Source of the DNA: an uncultured Thermoplasmatales archaeon
GTDB lineage: Archaea > Thermoplasmatota > E2 > DHVEG-1
Length of the DNA: 64,000 nucleotides
Assembly: GCA_964615235.1 (NCBI GenBank)
Contig: CAZTMK010000012.1
Location: forward strand, 844-64,843
Direction of reading: 5' to 3'
Shown: piece by piece, positions 50,510-60,844 of the stretch
Numbering within the stretch: the stretch's first letter is position 1
Layout of the letters: each line of letters begins with the position of its first letter
Made by a program: the position numbers and the translations under genes
Notes under the pieces: model-generated
Seen by the model: only the letters and a program-made list of their open reading frames with translations
Database searches by the model: none
What the model was told of the DNA's origin: nothing

Positions 50510-52225
50510 ATGGATACCAAAGATATTCAAAATACTATTAGATTATATGCCTTGCAGAATGCAATCCAATTCAACGGAAAGGCAAATTCGAAGGCTGTCA
50601 TTGGGAAGGCAATTGCAATTTTCAAGAGGGAAGGGATTTCTCCAAAAGATCTCATTCCATTAATATCTGATATTGTTGATGATGTCAATTGTTTATCTCT
50701 TGATGCACAAAAAAAAGAATTGGAAATAAAAGCACCTGAACTTCTAAAGAAAGAAAAAAAGGAAAGAGATTTTTCGCTGCCAGAACTCCATGAAGCGCAA
50801 AAAGGGAAAGTTGTTACACGTTTTCCTCCCGAACCAAATGGTTATTTGCATATTGGTCATGCAAAAGCTGCTTTGATTGATTTTGAATATTCGCGTAGAT
50901 ATAATGGTAAATTTATACTAAGATTTGATGACACAAATCCAGAGAATGCAAAACTAGAGTTTTACGATGCTCAAAAAGAAGACCTTGTATGGCTGGGCAT
51001 AAAATGGGATGAGGAATACAAGACAAGTGACAACATTGATAAACACTACAAATTAGCAGAACAACTGATTAATCAAGGTGACGCATATGTTTGTACTTGC
51101 TCACCTGAAAATATTAAAGAGTGTCGATTCACAGGAAAAGAATGTGATTGTAGGGACTGTGATTGCGGAGATTCGATGGATCTTTGGAAAGAAATGATTT
51201 CCTCGTCGATGGATGGTGCAGTTCTACGTCTTAAGGGAGATATGTGTTGTGATAATACAGCAATGCGCGATCCAACATTGTTTCGAATAATTGACAAGGA
51301 ACACCCTCTGCAGGGCAAAAAATATCGTGTTTGGCCGACCTATGATTTTGCCGGAGCAGTTGAAGATAGTCTTAGTGGTGTCACTCATCCTTTTAGGACT
51401 AAAGAGTATGAGTTACGGGATGAATGTTACTTTAGGTTGTTAGATTATTTGAATTTAAGAAAACCACATCTTATGGAGTTTGCTAGATTATCTATAGAAG
51501 GCATGCCTGTTTCGAAGAGAAAAATAAAACCTCTTATTGAAAAAAATATGGTGTCGGGTTATGATGACATTAGATTGCCTACATTGAGAGGTCTTCGGAA
51601 ACGCGGTATTCAACCTGAAGCAATCAAACAATTTGTACTTTCTCAGGGTATTTCAAAAGTTGAGTCTACAGTACCATTCAGTATTGTCGAATCATTCAAT
51701 AGGAAACTTTTGGATCCAAAAGTAAAGCGTTTTTTCTTTGTGGAAACCCCTTTGAAATTAATAGTTGAAAATGCACCACAAAAAAGGAAAAAAATACCAT
51801 TCCATCCACACGATGAAACATTGGGAAGCCGAATTGTTGATACTAACAAACTTTTTTACGTTCCATGTGAGGATATGGATTTATTAAAGTTGGGTGAAGT
51901 TTTCCGCTTAAAGGATCTTTACAACGTAAAAATAACAAAGAAAAATGAAACGATTTATGGCGAATATGTCGGTGAGGGTTTAATTCCGGAAACTGCTAAG
52001 ATACAATGGACAACAGATAGATTTGTTTCAATGAAGATTTTTGTTCCTGGTCTTCTTTTCATTGGTGAAAATTTTAATCCAGATAGTTTAAGAATTATTG
52101 AGGGCTACGCAGAGGCATCGGTATCTACTTTAAACACGGATGAAATTGTCCAATTCGAGAGATTTGGGTTTGTCAGAATAGAAAATACTGATCGGGGAAT
52201 TAATGGATATTTTACTCATAAGTAA
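50510..52225 (+). CDS. gltX: Glutamyl-tRNA synthetase (archaeal)
   Basis: RFPPEPNGYLHIGH, RFDDTNP, VSKRK, QFERFGF. Confidence 0.97.
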   Translation: MDTKDIQNTIRLYALQNAIQFNGKANSKAVIGKAIAIFKREGISPKDLIPLISDIVDDVNCLSLDAQKKELEIKAPELLKKEKKERDFSLPELHEAQKGKVVTRFPPEPNGYLHIGHAKAALIDFEYSRRYNGKFILRFDDTNPENAKLEFYDAQKEDLVWLGIKWDEEYKTSDNIDKHYKLAEQLINQGDAYVCTCSPENIKECRFTGKECDCRDCDCGDSMDLWKEMISSSMDGAVLRLKGDMCCDNTAMRDPTLFRIIDKEHPLQGKKYRVWPTYDFAGAVEDSLSGVTHPFRTKEYELRDECYFRLLDYLNLRKPHLMEFARLSIEGMPVSKRKIKPLIEKNMVSGYDDIRLPTLRGLRKRGIQPEAIKQFVLSQGISKVESTVPFSIVESFNRKLLDPKVKRFFFVETPLKLIVENAPQKRKKIPFHPHDETLGSRIVDTNKLFYVPCEDMDLLKLGEVFRLKDLYNVKITKKNETIYGEYVGEGLIPETAKIQWTTDRFVSMKIFVPGLLFIGENFNPDSLRIIEGYAEASVSTLNTDEIVQFERFGFVRIENTDRGINGYFTHK

Positions 52226-52288
52226 ACTATTTAAGTCTGCCAATTATCTCATTTTTTATTCAAATATCAAGTATGGGATTGGTTTAAG

Positions 52289-52984
52289 ATGCACTTTACT
52301 AAGAAAATCTTGTCAATTTTTAGCCTATGCTTTTTATCTTTGATCACTTTGATTAATGTGGTATCTGCAGCAGATACAATCGAAATAGATCCCGGAAGTC
52401 TATTTTTACCAATTGTTGTGGCAGTGATTGTTATCATTGGTATGATAGTTGCGATGCTGACGATCGGCGGGATAAAATATGTTACACCTGAAAACGTTTT
52501 AGATACAGAAGTACGTAAAAATCTCTATGGTTATATTAATGATTATCCTGGATCTCATCTTAGAGAAATTGCCCGTGAACTTAATTTAAAACCAAGTAAT
52601 GCAGCGTGGCATTTGAGAAAATTAGAACAAACGAATCTTATTAGAAGTCGAAATATTGGTGGGAAAAAGGTATACTATTTGGTGGAGGGGGGTATTGAAG
52701 CCAGAAGAGAGGCTGTGGCGGAATCAATACTAAAAAATAGAAACGCCCAGAAAATTATGTATTATTTGACAAATAATCCCGGCAAACATCTTCTTGAAAT
52801 AGCCAAGGCACTAGATTTAAATCATCATACGGTTAAATGGCATATTGAAAAAATGTATATGGCAGAACTTATTGATGGGGATACAACGAATTCTGCTTAT
52901 CCAATATATTATCCCACCGAGATGGGATCACAGATAATAAAACACATGCCCATTCAACAAAAAAATTCTAGAAGAGCATCTTAA
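52289..52984 (+). CDS. Membrane-anchored double winged-HTH protein
   Basis: Signal peptide plus TM, then two HTH repeats (PGSHLREIAREL, PGKHLLEIAKAL). Confidence 0.85.
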   Translation: MHFTKKILSIFSLCFLSLITLINVVSAADTIEIDPGSLFLPIVVAVIVIIGMIVAMLTIGGIKYVTPENVLDTEVRKNLYGYINDYPGSHLREIARELNLKPSNAAWHLRKLEQTNLIRSRNIGGKKVYYLVEGGIEARREAVAESILKNRNAQKIMYYLTNNPGKHLLEIAKALDLNHHTVKWHIEKMYMAELIDGDTTNSAYPIYYPTEMGSQIIKHMPIQQKNSRRAS

Positions 52985-52989
52985 AACTA

Positions 52990-53262
52990 TTATATTCTAC
53001 CAACGTCTGTAACTTCAACAGAGTCTACATTTTCAATTTTGGATAAAGTTTCAACAATGGGATCAAGACCGCCCTCGCTATCTGGAACAGAAACAGTAAC
53101 ATTAAGCCCTTTTAATCCAAATGCTATCTCTTTTATCTCGATTCTTCCGAGTTTGGCCGGAGACTTGATAGCAATTTTTATATCTTCAATAATTTTGTTG
53201 AGTTTTTCGTCCTCGATTACTTCGCCTGGCATTACTCTCATTAAAGCGATAACTTCACCCAT
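52990..53262 (-). CDS. ef1b: Translation elongation factor 1-beta
   Basis: VMP...EIAFGLKGL...VDSVEV; adjacent Zn-ribbon gene is the conserved archaeal context. Confidence 0.93.
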   Translation of the reverse strand: MGEVIALMRVMPGEVIEDEKLNKIIEDIKIAIKSPAKLGRIEIKEIAFGLKGLNVTVSVPDSEGGLDPIVETLSKIENVDSVEVTDVGRI

Positions 53263-53299
53263 TATAAGCCTCTCCTATTTTATGAACATTTTATGATAT

Positions 53300-53464
53300 T
53301 TATGGTCCGATAAAACCACACTTTGTGCAGACGTATTTCACACTTTGTTCCCTGCAACTGTTGCACCTACCAATTACTTCTGTGCAGACTGGGCAGGGAA
53401 ATGTCGCTGACCCACGTTCAAGTAGCCCCTTTCCGCAAGAAATACACTTTTCTGCCTTATTCAT
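53300..53464 (-). CDS. Zn-ribbon protein (DUF1610-like), 54 aa
   Basis: Not in the ORF track: MNKAEKCISCGKGLLERGSATFPCPVCTEVIGRCNSCREQSVKYVCTKCGFIGP. Confidence 0.9.
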   Translation of the reverse strand: MNKAEKCISCGKGLLERGSATFPCPVCTEVIGRCNSCREQSVKYVCTKCGFIGP

Positions 53465-53543
53465 AGGAAGTGCTGAATGAATATCTTATATTAAAATATA
53501 TGCTATATAACCTTACATTTTATGATTTTATCATAAGTGGCTA

Positions 53544-53593
53544 TCATCATTAATACAAATAATCAAATTCATCATTAATACAAATAATCAAAT
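53544..53593. repeat. Perfect 25-bp tandem duplication
   Basis: TCATCATTAATACAAATAATCAAAT x2. Confidence 0.9.
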
Positions 53594-53628
53594 ATTGAAG
53601 TAATTCTTTAGAAGGCACATAAAAGGAA

Positions 53629-54690
53629 TTATCTCGTTTTAATCTTGTCAAGAGAAAACGATGCTAAAGATTTGAAAATTTTGTATTGGTATATTGCACC
53701 AACAATTAATCCCATGTGATAGGTTATTAAACGGAACAACAAGACGAAAACACCTATTAGATGGGCTCCTATAAAAACACTGTACAATGCAGCTGCTCCC
53801 CCTTCTGTTACCCCTGCGCTACCGGGTGTGGTCGGCATCATAACAATTATAATAAGAAGAATTTGTGCGGCACAAGATTCGATTATGTGGGGCTGCAAAC
53901 CAAGCCCTATCAATATTAGAACTGGCACCATCCAACCAGTTATCCAAAAGGCTACTGTTAAAAAAAATGCTTTAAAAAAATCAATTTTTTTGTGTGATAG
54001 AAAACAGACCATACTCTCATGAAAATTATCAACTTCTGTATTTATTTTTTCTACAATTTTACTCTCACTTTGTCTTTTCCTTGAGAATCTTGCGAGTTTA
54101 TTATTTAAAAATAATATTAATGACTTGATTTTTTTGGGATTTTTTAATGCATATAGGAAAAATCCAACTAAGACTATAAATATAGCGACTGCTATAGTGA
54201 GACCTATACTTAACGCTCCAGTATTGATTTTACTTCTAAATACTAAGAATGCAAATGGAAAACAGATCATCAGAAAAATTGCATCTAGCAAACGTTCTCC
54301 CAGGACTGCAGCAGTGGCACCACCAACACTTAATCCATCTTTATTTAGTAAATAAATTCTGACTGGTTCACCACCTGCCATCGATGGGGTAATATTTGCT
54401 AAAAATAAATTTGCCATTACTATCCTTGTAGATTCCCACAAACTAATTTTAACATCACTTTCAACCGCATTTGTTAACGACCTTAGACGGGCACCCCACA
54501 GGATCCAATTAATGAAATTTATCAAAACTGCTGCAAAAAAAAATTCAAATTTTATGTTTTGACTTGATAGATAAGTAAATGTTTGTGTATCAAACGTAAG
54601 ATACAAAATAATCAGAATAATGGTTATACTTAGAGAGAGACTTATAACAATTGGTAATTTCATTGTTTTTGGTCGTTTCTCAGGTTGCAC
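53629..54690 (-). CDS. LPG-synthase TM / flippase-like membrane protein (UPF0104)
   Basis: NITPSMAGGEPVR, ERLLD, PTTPGSAGVTE, FRLITY. Confidence 0.9.
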   Translation of the reverse strand: MQPEKRPKTMKLPIVISLSLSITIILIILYLTFDTQTFTYLSSQNIKFEFFFAAVLINFINWILWGARLRSLTNAVESDVKISLWESTRIVMANLFLANITPSMAGGEPVRIYLLNKDGLSVGGATAAVLGERLLDAIFLMICFPFAFLVFRSKINTGALSIGLTIAVAIFIVLVGFFLYALKNPKKIKSLILFLNNKLARFSRKRQSESKIVEKINTEVDNFHESMVCFLSHKKIDFFKAFFLTVAFWITGWMVPVLILIGLGLQPHIIESCAAQILLIIIVMMPTTPGSAGVTEGGAAALYSVFIGAHLIGVFVLLFRLITYHMGLIVGAIYQYKIFKSLASFSLDKIKTR

Positions 54691-54786
54691 AGCGTTGATA
54701 ATTCTTGTAACATATATCTTACTTATGGTTTTTTATAAACAAAAAAATTTTTGAGTAAATAGATAATGTCATGGGACTAAAAAACG

Positions 54787-55746
54787 ATGATATCCATGAA
54801 AAATTTACCTGTTTCCAAATATGTTAAGACTGCAAAATATGTTATGCAAAACTGGATTGCAGGTGAATGCATTTATCCGTTTTATGCATCATTTAAAGTT
54901 ACACACAAATGTAGTTTAAAATGTAGTTTTTGTAATGTATGGATGGAAAAAACCCCTGATCTATCTAAGGAAGAGGTCTATAAAGTTCTCGACAACCTCG
55001 AAAATTCAAGTATAGTAGTTTTAAGTCTTGAGGGTGGCGACCCTTTGGTTAGAAAAGACATAGGTGAAATCTTGGAATATGCACATAAAAAACCATTTAT
55101 CTTATTTTTTACAACAAATGGGCATCTGATTGACAAAAGACCTATGGAAGAATATGGAAAGAACGTTGATTATATTCATATAAGTATAGATGAAGGCCAT
55201 GAAAACCTTGAATTTTTTGAAAGACTTGATGAATTTCAAAGTTATGGTCCAGAAATATGCATTCAAGTTGTTGTAACAAAGCAAACCATGGACAAAATAG
55301 AGGATAAAGTAAAAAAAGTATACAAGGCAGGTGCAAGGACAGTTATCATGCCTGCATGTCATCTTGATGGTACTGACGATTACTATCCAAATCCAGAACA
55401 ATTTCGAAATGAAATAATTAGATTGAAAAAAAAGTACCCAAACACGATTACAACCCCGATTGGATTTTTAGACAACATTAACAAACCTCATGGGTGCTCT
55501 ACTTCCTCAATAATAATTGATTCTGATGGTGGGTTATTCTACCCATGCAGAACTATCGGATCCCGGCTATTCAATTTTACCGAAGGTTCTTTTATGGATT
55601 TTCTGAAAACTAGTGAAGCTGAGAAGGCACGAGATGCTATGAAACATTGTACGCGCAACTGCGGGTGGTATCAATATTTTGCAACTGATGTGTTTGCATC
55701 ACCTTTTTCAATTGCTACTTCATTAAGTCCGTATATATTCAAATAA
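54787..55746 (+). CDS. Radical SAM protein with SPASM/twitch-like C-terminus
   Basis: CSLKCSFC, EGGDPL, TTNG, C...IDSDG...YPC...CTRNC. Confidence 0.9.
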   Translation: MISMKNLPVSKYVKTAKYVMQNWIAGECIYPFYASFKVTHKCSLKCSFCNVWMEKTPDLSKEEVYKVLDNLENSSIVVLSLEGGDPLVRKDIGEILEYAHKKPFILFFTTNGHLIDKRPMEEYGKNVDYIHISIDEGHENLEFFERLDEFQSYGPEICIQVVVTKQTMDKIEDKVKKVYKAGARTVIMPACHLDGTDDYYPNPEQFRNEIIRLKKKYPNTITTPIGFLDNINKPHGCSTSSIIIDSDGGLFYPCRTIGSRLFNFTEGSFMDFLKTSEAEKARDAMKHCTRNCGWYQYFATDVFASPFSIATSLSPYIFK

Positions 55747-55769
55747 AAATAAAAATTTATGGCAGCGGG

Positions 55770-56873
55770 TCAAATTTTCCTTTTGACTAATGTTGTGTAA
55801 ATCTTTTTTGTTTTCTTGGCAACTTCATTCCAGCTGTAGTTTTCTACGATGCATTGTCGTGCACGTTTCCCCATCTCTTTTGCAATATCTTCGTTGATAA
55901 GCAAGTAATCAATGCGTTCTGCGAGTTTTTCCTCTGTTTCTATATCAAGCAAAATCCCTCGATCTGTTCCCAAAAACTCAGATGCTTTACCAACATTAGA
56001 ACTAATTACTGGTAGTTCACAGGCCATTGCCTCGGCTACAACCAAACCCCAGCTCTCTCCACGTGAGGGAAAAACAGCGACATCTGCACCTCGTGCATAT
56101 GCCAAAAGCTGATCATCTGAAAGATAACCTGGAAAGATAATGTTTGGGTTTGCCTGGGCTATTTGTTTAAGTTTTGGTAGATCCGGTCCTTTTCCAATGA
56201 TAACTAGTTTAGTGTCCGGTGTTTTACATCGATCAAATGCTTTGATGAGAAGTTGTATGTTTTTCTGATAACCAAGGCGACCCCAATAAATAACTAGATT
56301 TTTACAGTTTAATTTCTTTTTAATATCAGATTTGCCTGGGCTAAATTTTTCTGTATCAACACCATTTGGAATGTAAACAATTTTTTTTGGATCAATGCCC
56401 CAACTCTTAAAAATAGGGAGGTATTCCTCGTTGACACAGATGATTCTGTCAACCTGCTGTGCCATTGATTTCGTCACTAAACGAATTATATGACGATAGA
56501 TAAATCCAAGGAGCTTATTTCCTTTGAAATTAAGAATATAATGTGTTGTAATAACTTTCGGCATGTCAAGTTTTCTAAGTAATCCACCACAAAACGTAAA
56601 CAAAGGACCATGAAGATGAATAAGATCAATGTTTCGTTTTTTGATTTCTTGTTTTATTTTTGAAAAAGATCCAGGTGGGTTGATAAAATAGATTTCCCAT
56701 AATGAAAAAATACAGGGTATATGATAAAAAAGTAATCCTTCATCTTCTTGGTATCCAGATTGTTTTGTGTTTCCCGTAATAATAACCGATGGTATTCTAA
56801 GCTGTTTTACCAGTTCGGCAACGTGAGTATACACGCCTCCCTCTTTGTACGTGGTTATTTCAGCGATTTGCAT
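55770..56873 (-). CDS. GT4 glycosyltransferase
   Basis: GGVYTH, IPNGVD, GRLGYQKN, ESWGLVVAEAMA. Confidence 0.93.
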   Translation of the reverse strand: MQIAEITTYKEGGVYTHVAELVKQLRIPSVIITGNTKQSGYQEDEGLLFYHIPCIFSLWEIYFINPPGSFSKIKQEIKKRNIDLIHLHGPLFTFCGGLLRKLDMPKVITTHYILNFKGNKLLGFIYRHIIRLVTKSMAQQVDRIICVNEEYLPIFKSWGIDPKKIVYIPNGVDTEKFSPGKSDIKKKLNCKNLVIYWGRLGYQKNIQLLIKAFDRCKTPDTKLVIIGKGPDLPKLKQIAQANPNIIFPGYLSDDQLLAYARGADVAVFPSRGESWGLVVAEAMACELPVISSNVGKASEFLGTDRGILLDIETEEKLAERIDYLLINEDIAKEMGKRARQCIVENYSWNEVAKKTKKIYTTLVKRKI

Positions 56874-56885
56874 ACTATAAAAAAA

Positions 56886-58739
56886 TTATTCAAGATCCTG
56901 TTGTTCAATCCATGTCCAATTCACTGAAAAGACTTCAGCCCAGTGCTCTTCCTGCATATTTTCATTTATGGTTGCATTTCTATACACGAGTTCAAAAGGC
57001 TCGCTTAAGAATTTATCATAAGAAGCATTAGTTATATATACTATCTCTGCAAAACCAACGTGAACAACACGTTCTTTCATGATATCATCTATAATAATAT
57101 GAGTAATTCTACTCTTGTATTGTTTTTCAATACCCATTAATTCGTCGAGATAGTCAGTGAGATTTATCGAATCCCACAATTTTGTAGCGTTGTCAAGCGT
57201 TGTGTTAAATCCAACTGCTTCCGCTATTCTGGCTAGCCTATGATCTGAAGCTACAATACAATTATTTTTGTACAAATTCTCTCCCATCCAATCTACAACT
57301 GCTAGATCCTCGTTGGTAATGGCCTCATATGAAGCATTTAGTGAAACATGTGATGGGTATATTGATACGGCGTTGGTTGTAACTATTATAACCACAGCGA
57401 ACAAATATAAAACTTGTCGCTTTTTCATTAATCTGGCGGGAGAAGAATAGTTAGCAATTACTTTCTCAATTTGGGGAAGTTTTTTTACAGTTTCAATAAT
57501 AGTGGAATCATTACCAACCCGCAGAAATATATCACGAATACCATATATTGACATCACACTTAACGGTATCATCATGTATTCGAGGTGTCTATGTGGATAA
57601 AATACCCAGTTTGAGTTAAGAATACCATATAAGAAAGAAAGTAAAATTGCAATAAACCAACCTCGAATAAAATATCCATTTTTAATAAATTTCATACTTG
57701 AAAAACCCACAACAGCAAAACCGAAAATTGCCACTAATGGAATCGAAAAAATTACCGTTAAGGCTGTAAATTGCACGTTTGTCCAAGGCATTTTTATAAA
57801 GGTAAAAATACCCATTCCAATGAAACAAATAGCAATTGTCAATGCAAATCGCGTTATATTTTTTCTAGAATTAAGCTCCTTTTTTTCAATAAAAATATTT
57901 AATTTTCTTTTCAGCATAATTAGTGCAAGGGATGCAAAAAAAACCAAATAAAATACAATAATTACCATCATTGATGAAATTGGTATTGAACCTATGGTTA
58001 TTCGATTATTCATAAAACTTTCATAAACTGGTGTTGCAACAAAGGCCCAATAAGAAAAAATAAGTACACTAGCAAGTAAGATATACATTATGTCAATCTT
58101 TATAGAATTAGTCCATTTCCTTTGACTTAAATTTTCGAAAAAGACAATACTTATTAAAGAAATTAAAAAGAAATAAGTGGTGAAATGATGAGACATTATA
58201 AGCAAAATTGTTGATATAAATAATGGCACGACATATCTGTGATCTTGACGAAACTTGATAAATAAATATATTGACGTCATCATGAAAAAATGACCCATTG
58301 TTAAAGGAGAAGCATGGCTAGTTTGATATGCATGAAAGGGCAATACTGCAAGTACCAAACTTGAGAGTAGAGCAGTCTTTTCATCTCCCGTTAATTCTTT
58401 AACAATAAAATAGAAGATTAAAACTGAAAGGCCACCGAATATTGGGGCAAGTTTCGGCATCAATGTTATGACATCAATACCAGTAATCCAGTGTGCCATG
58501 CCAGTCATTGCATAGAGTACGGGAAAATACTGATAAGAACCTCCCCAACCATAGTAAGACGAGAACAATTCACCACTTTTTACAAAAGAATTTGTGAGTC
58601 CATAGTATATTCCAAAATCACAACCCCATGCAGCAAAACTCCAACTAGGAATTGAACGTAAAAAAATCGCAAAACCTGTAACTGTTGTTAAGAGAAGTGT
58701 CGCACTGTATTTTATCTTCCTTGGCTTCTCGGTTATTAT
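56886..58739 (-). CDS. Multi-TM GT-C-like membrane protein; probable ATA start
   Basis: Frame stays open 57 codons upstream of TTG 58568, adding TM1 and the FLRSIP...WGCDFGIYY loop; GGGGGAG SD precedes ATA at 58739. Confidence 0.7.
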   Translation of the reverse strand: MITEKPRKIKYSATLLLTTVTGFAIFLRSIPSWSFAAWGCDFGIYYGLTNSFVKSGELFSSYYGWGGSYQYFPVLYAMTGMAHWITGIDVITLMPKLAPIFGGLSVLIFYFIVKELTGDEKTALLSSLVLAVLPFHAYQTSHASPLTMGHFFMMTSIYLFIKFRQDHRYVVPLFISTILLIMSHHFTTYFFLISLISIVFFENLSQRKWTNSIKIDIMYILLASVLIFSYWAFVATPVYESFMNNRITIGSIPISSMMVIIVFYLVFFASLALIMLKRKLNIFIEKKELNSRKNITRFALTIAICFIGMGIFTFIKMPWTNVQFTALTVIFSIPLVAIFGFAVVGFSSMKFIKNGYFIRGWFIAILLSFLYGILNSNWVFYPHRHLEYMMIPLSVMSIYGIRDIFLRVGNDSTIIETVKKLPQIEKVIANYSSPARLMKKRQVLYLFAVVIIVTTNAVSIYPSHVSLNASYEAITNEDLAVVDWMGENLYKNNCIVASDHRLARIAEAVGFNTTLDNATKLWDSINLTDYLDELMGIEKQYKSRITHIIIDDIMKERVVHVGFAEIVYITNASYDKFLSEPFELVYRNATINENMQEEHWAEVFSVNWTWIEQQDLE

Positions 58740-58810
58740 TTTTGCTCCCCCTGTTTCAAAAACTTAAATACGTTACTGTAATTAAGATTGCTATTAAAAA
58801 ATTGTGCTTT

Positions 58811-59884
58811 TTACATTGTATTATAAACAACTTGCATAATATTTTCAACAGATGAATTTACGTCACATTTTCTTGTTATACCAGTGAATCTTTTGGCTCT
58901 TTGAACATTTTCTTTAAGATTAATCTTATCTTGACTTATGGAAAAAAAACTTCTTTTTTGAGAATGGTACTGGCCAAGATACTCTTGTTCAATCTGTCCT
59001 GGTGTTGGTACCATTAAAGCTTTAGTCCCAATTACAGCTAAATCTAAAATTGTCGAATAACCACTCCTAGAAATAACAAGTTTTGTTCGATTGAGCAAAT
59101 CTTCTCTTTCTTTTTTAGATAGAAATGTATAAGTTGTAATGTTTTCATTTTTTAGTTTTTCATTTATTTCGGTTTTACCTAATGTGATTACAATATTGCC
59201 GTTAATTTGATCAATCTGTGAAAGTATCTTTTCCTCAAATAAGGTTCTTTGCGGTTCAGGTCCCGAGATAGAAATAAAATAATCAACATCTTTTTTTGTT
59301 CGTTTTTTGGAAAAATCCGAGAGAACCCCAACATAGTTTATTCTACTCTCATCTATTCTTTTTAGATTATGGGAGAGTTCTCCTGATAAGTTATCATCCT
59401 TGAAATCGGGTACTATTACTTCTCGAAATCTTTTAAAGAAAAATAAATTAAATATTTCGCTACCCGATTCAAGTTTTTTAATTCTAAGCGGGTTCATTAT
59501 CCTCATCTGGTGAGAAATAAAATATGATGGGATTTTTTTACTGTATACATCATATCTTGCATCAGATATAATCAAATCGTAATTATTCTTTTCAATTAAT
59601 TTTGTAACAATCTGTAGACCAGATTCCATTTTCCGAATGAACAAAGGCCAATAAATTAGGCTTTTTGCCATAAATTGTCTAGAATTTTCTGAAAGAAGCA
59701 TTGGATAATCAGGGATATCCAAGTATTCCACATCGTTTCCTAGTTCGGTTTTTAAAAGATCAACGGAACGTCCACTTGAGATTACCATTAATTCATTATT
59801 TTCGCGAACCAACTTTCTAATAACTGGTAATGAGCGAGTTGCATGACCCAATCCCCAGGAACATATACCGTATAATACCTTCAT
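58811..59884 (-). CDS. GT-B glycosyltransferase (MJ1255/GT28-like)
   Basis: WGLGHATRS, SGPEPQR, SRSGYSTI, PTPGQIEQEYL. Confidence 0.9.
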   Translation of the reverse strand: MKVLYGICSWGLGHATRSLPVIRKLVRENNELMVISSGRSVDLLKTELGNDVEYLDIPDYPMLLSENSRQFMAKSLIYWPLFIRKMESGLQIVTKLIEKNNYDLIISDARYDVYSKKIPSYFISHQMRIMNPLRIKKLESGSEIFNLFFFKRFREVIVPDFKDDNLSGELSHNLKRIDESRINYVGVLSDFSKKRTKKDVDYFISISGPEPQRTLFEEKILSQIDQINGNIVITLGKTEINEKLKNENITTYTFLSKKEREDLLNRTKLVISRSGYSTILDLAVIGTKALMVPTPGQIEQEYLGQYHSQKRSFFSISQDKINLKENVQRAKRFTGITRKCDVNSSVENIMQVVYNTM

Positions 59885-59985
59885 CTATGCGATGTAATAA
59901 ATTCGGCATTAAATATCTAACGAGAAAATGACTTAAATTAATTGTATTTTTATAGTAGCAATTAATATCTGCTTATGGGGAAAGT

Positions 59986-60798
59986 ATGAATTATAGAGAA
60001 AAACTCCTGGATATAGTACAGGAAAATAACAGTTTATTATGTGTGGGTCTTGATATAGATTCAGAAAAAATTCCCAATTTCTTATTTAAAAGTAGCAGCG
60101 ATCCTTATTTTGAGTTTAACAAATCTATCATAGATGCAACTAAAGATATCGTTTGTGCATACAAGTTAAACATGGCATTTTATGAAGTTTTAGGAATAGA
60201 TGGATTTATTTTACTTGAAAAAACGATTAAGTACATACCAAAAAATATTTTAATAATACTTGATGGAAAAAGAAATGATATTGGTAATACCGCTAAAAAA
60301 TATGCAAAAGCATTTTTTGAAACATTTCATGCTGATGCCATAACAATTAACCCCTACCTTGGTAAGGACGGAATAGCTCCTTTTCTTGAATATAAGGACA
60401 AATGTAGCTTTATTTTATGTAGAACATCAAATCCATCAGCAGGAGATTTTCAAGATCTCAATTTTGCAGATAAACCGCTTTTCTCGATAGTTGCAACAAA
60501 AATAAAAGAATGGAATATATATGATAACTGTGGAGCAGTGGTAGGTGCAACTTATCCAAATGAACTGAAAATAATTAGGAAAAAACTTGGGGATAATGTC
60601 CCATTATTAATTCCGGGTATTGGAAAGCAAGGCGGGGCTATCCCAATAACCGTTAAATATGGGACTAATAAAAATAAAGAAATGGCAATTATAAACTCAT
60701 CTCGTGGAATTATTTACTCTGGTGATGACCAAGCCTTTGCAGATTCAGCTAGAAAGTCAGCACTGTCATTAAAGAATGAAATAAACTTGTACAGATAA
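59986..60798 (+). CDS. pyrF: Orotidine-5'-phosphate decarboxylase
   Basis: LCVGLD, DGKRNDIGNT, CRTSNP, VVGAT, PGIGKQGG, NSSRGII. Confidence 0.95.
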   Translation: MNYREKLLDIVQENNSLLCVGLDIDSEKIPNFLFKSSSDPYFEFNKSIIDATKDIVCAYKLNMAFYEVLGIDGFILLEKTIKYIPKNILIILDGKRNDIGNTAKKYAKAFFETFHADAITINPYLGKDGIAPFLEYKDKCSFILCRTSNPSAGDFQDLNFADKPLFSIVATKIKEWNIYDNCGAVVGATYPNELKIIRKKLGDNVPLLIPGIGKQGGAIPITVKYGTNKNKEMAIINSSRGIIYSGDDQAFADSARKSALSLKNEINLYR

Positions 60799-60844
60799 GG
60801 ATTATAACCAAAAAGATTATTAACACATTCAACTATGTTAATAG

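Noticed and set aside
8298..57450. Numerous 60-170 aa ORFs antisense or out of frame within called genes
   Set aside because: No motifs, no SD, and fully nested in well-supported CDSs
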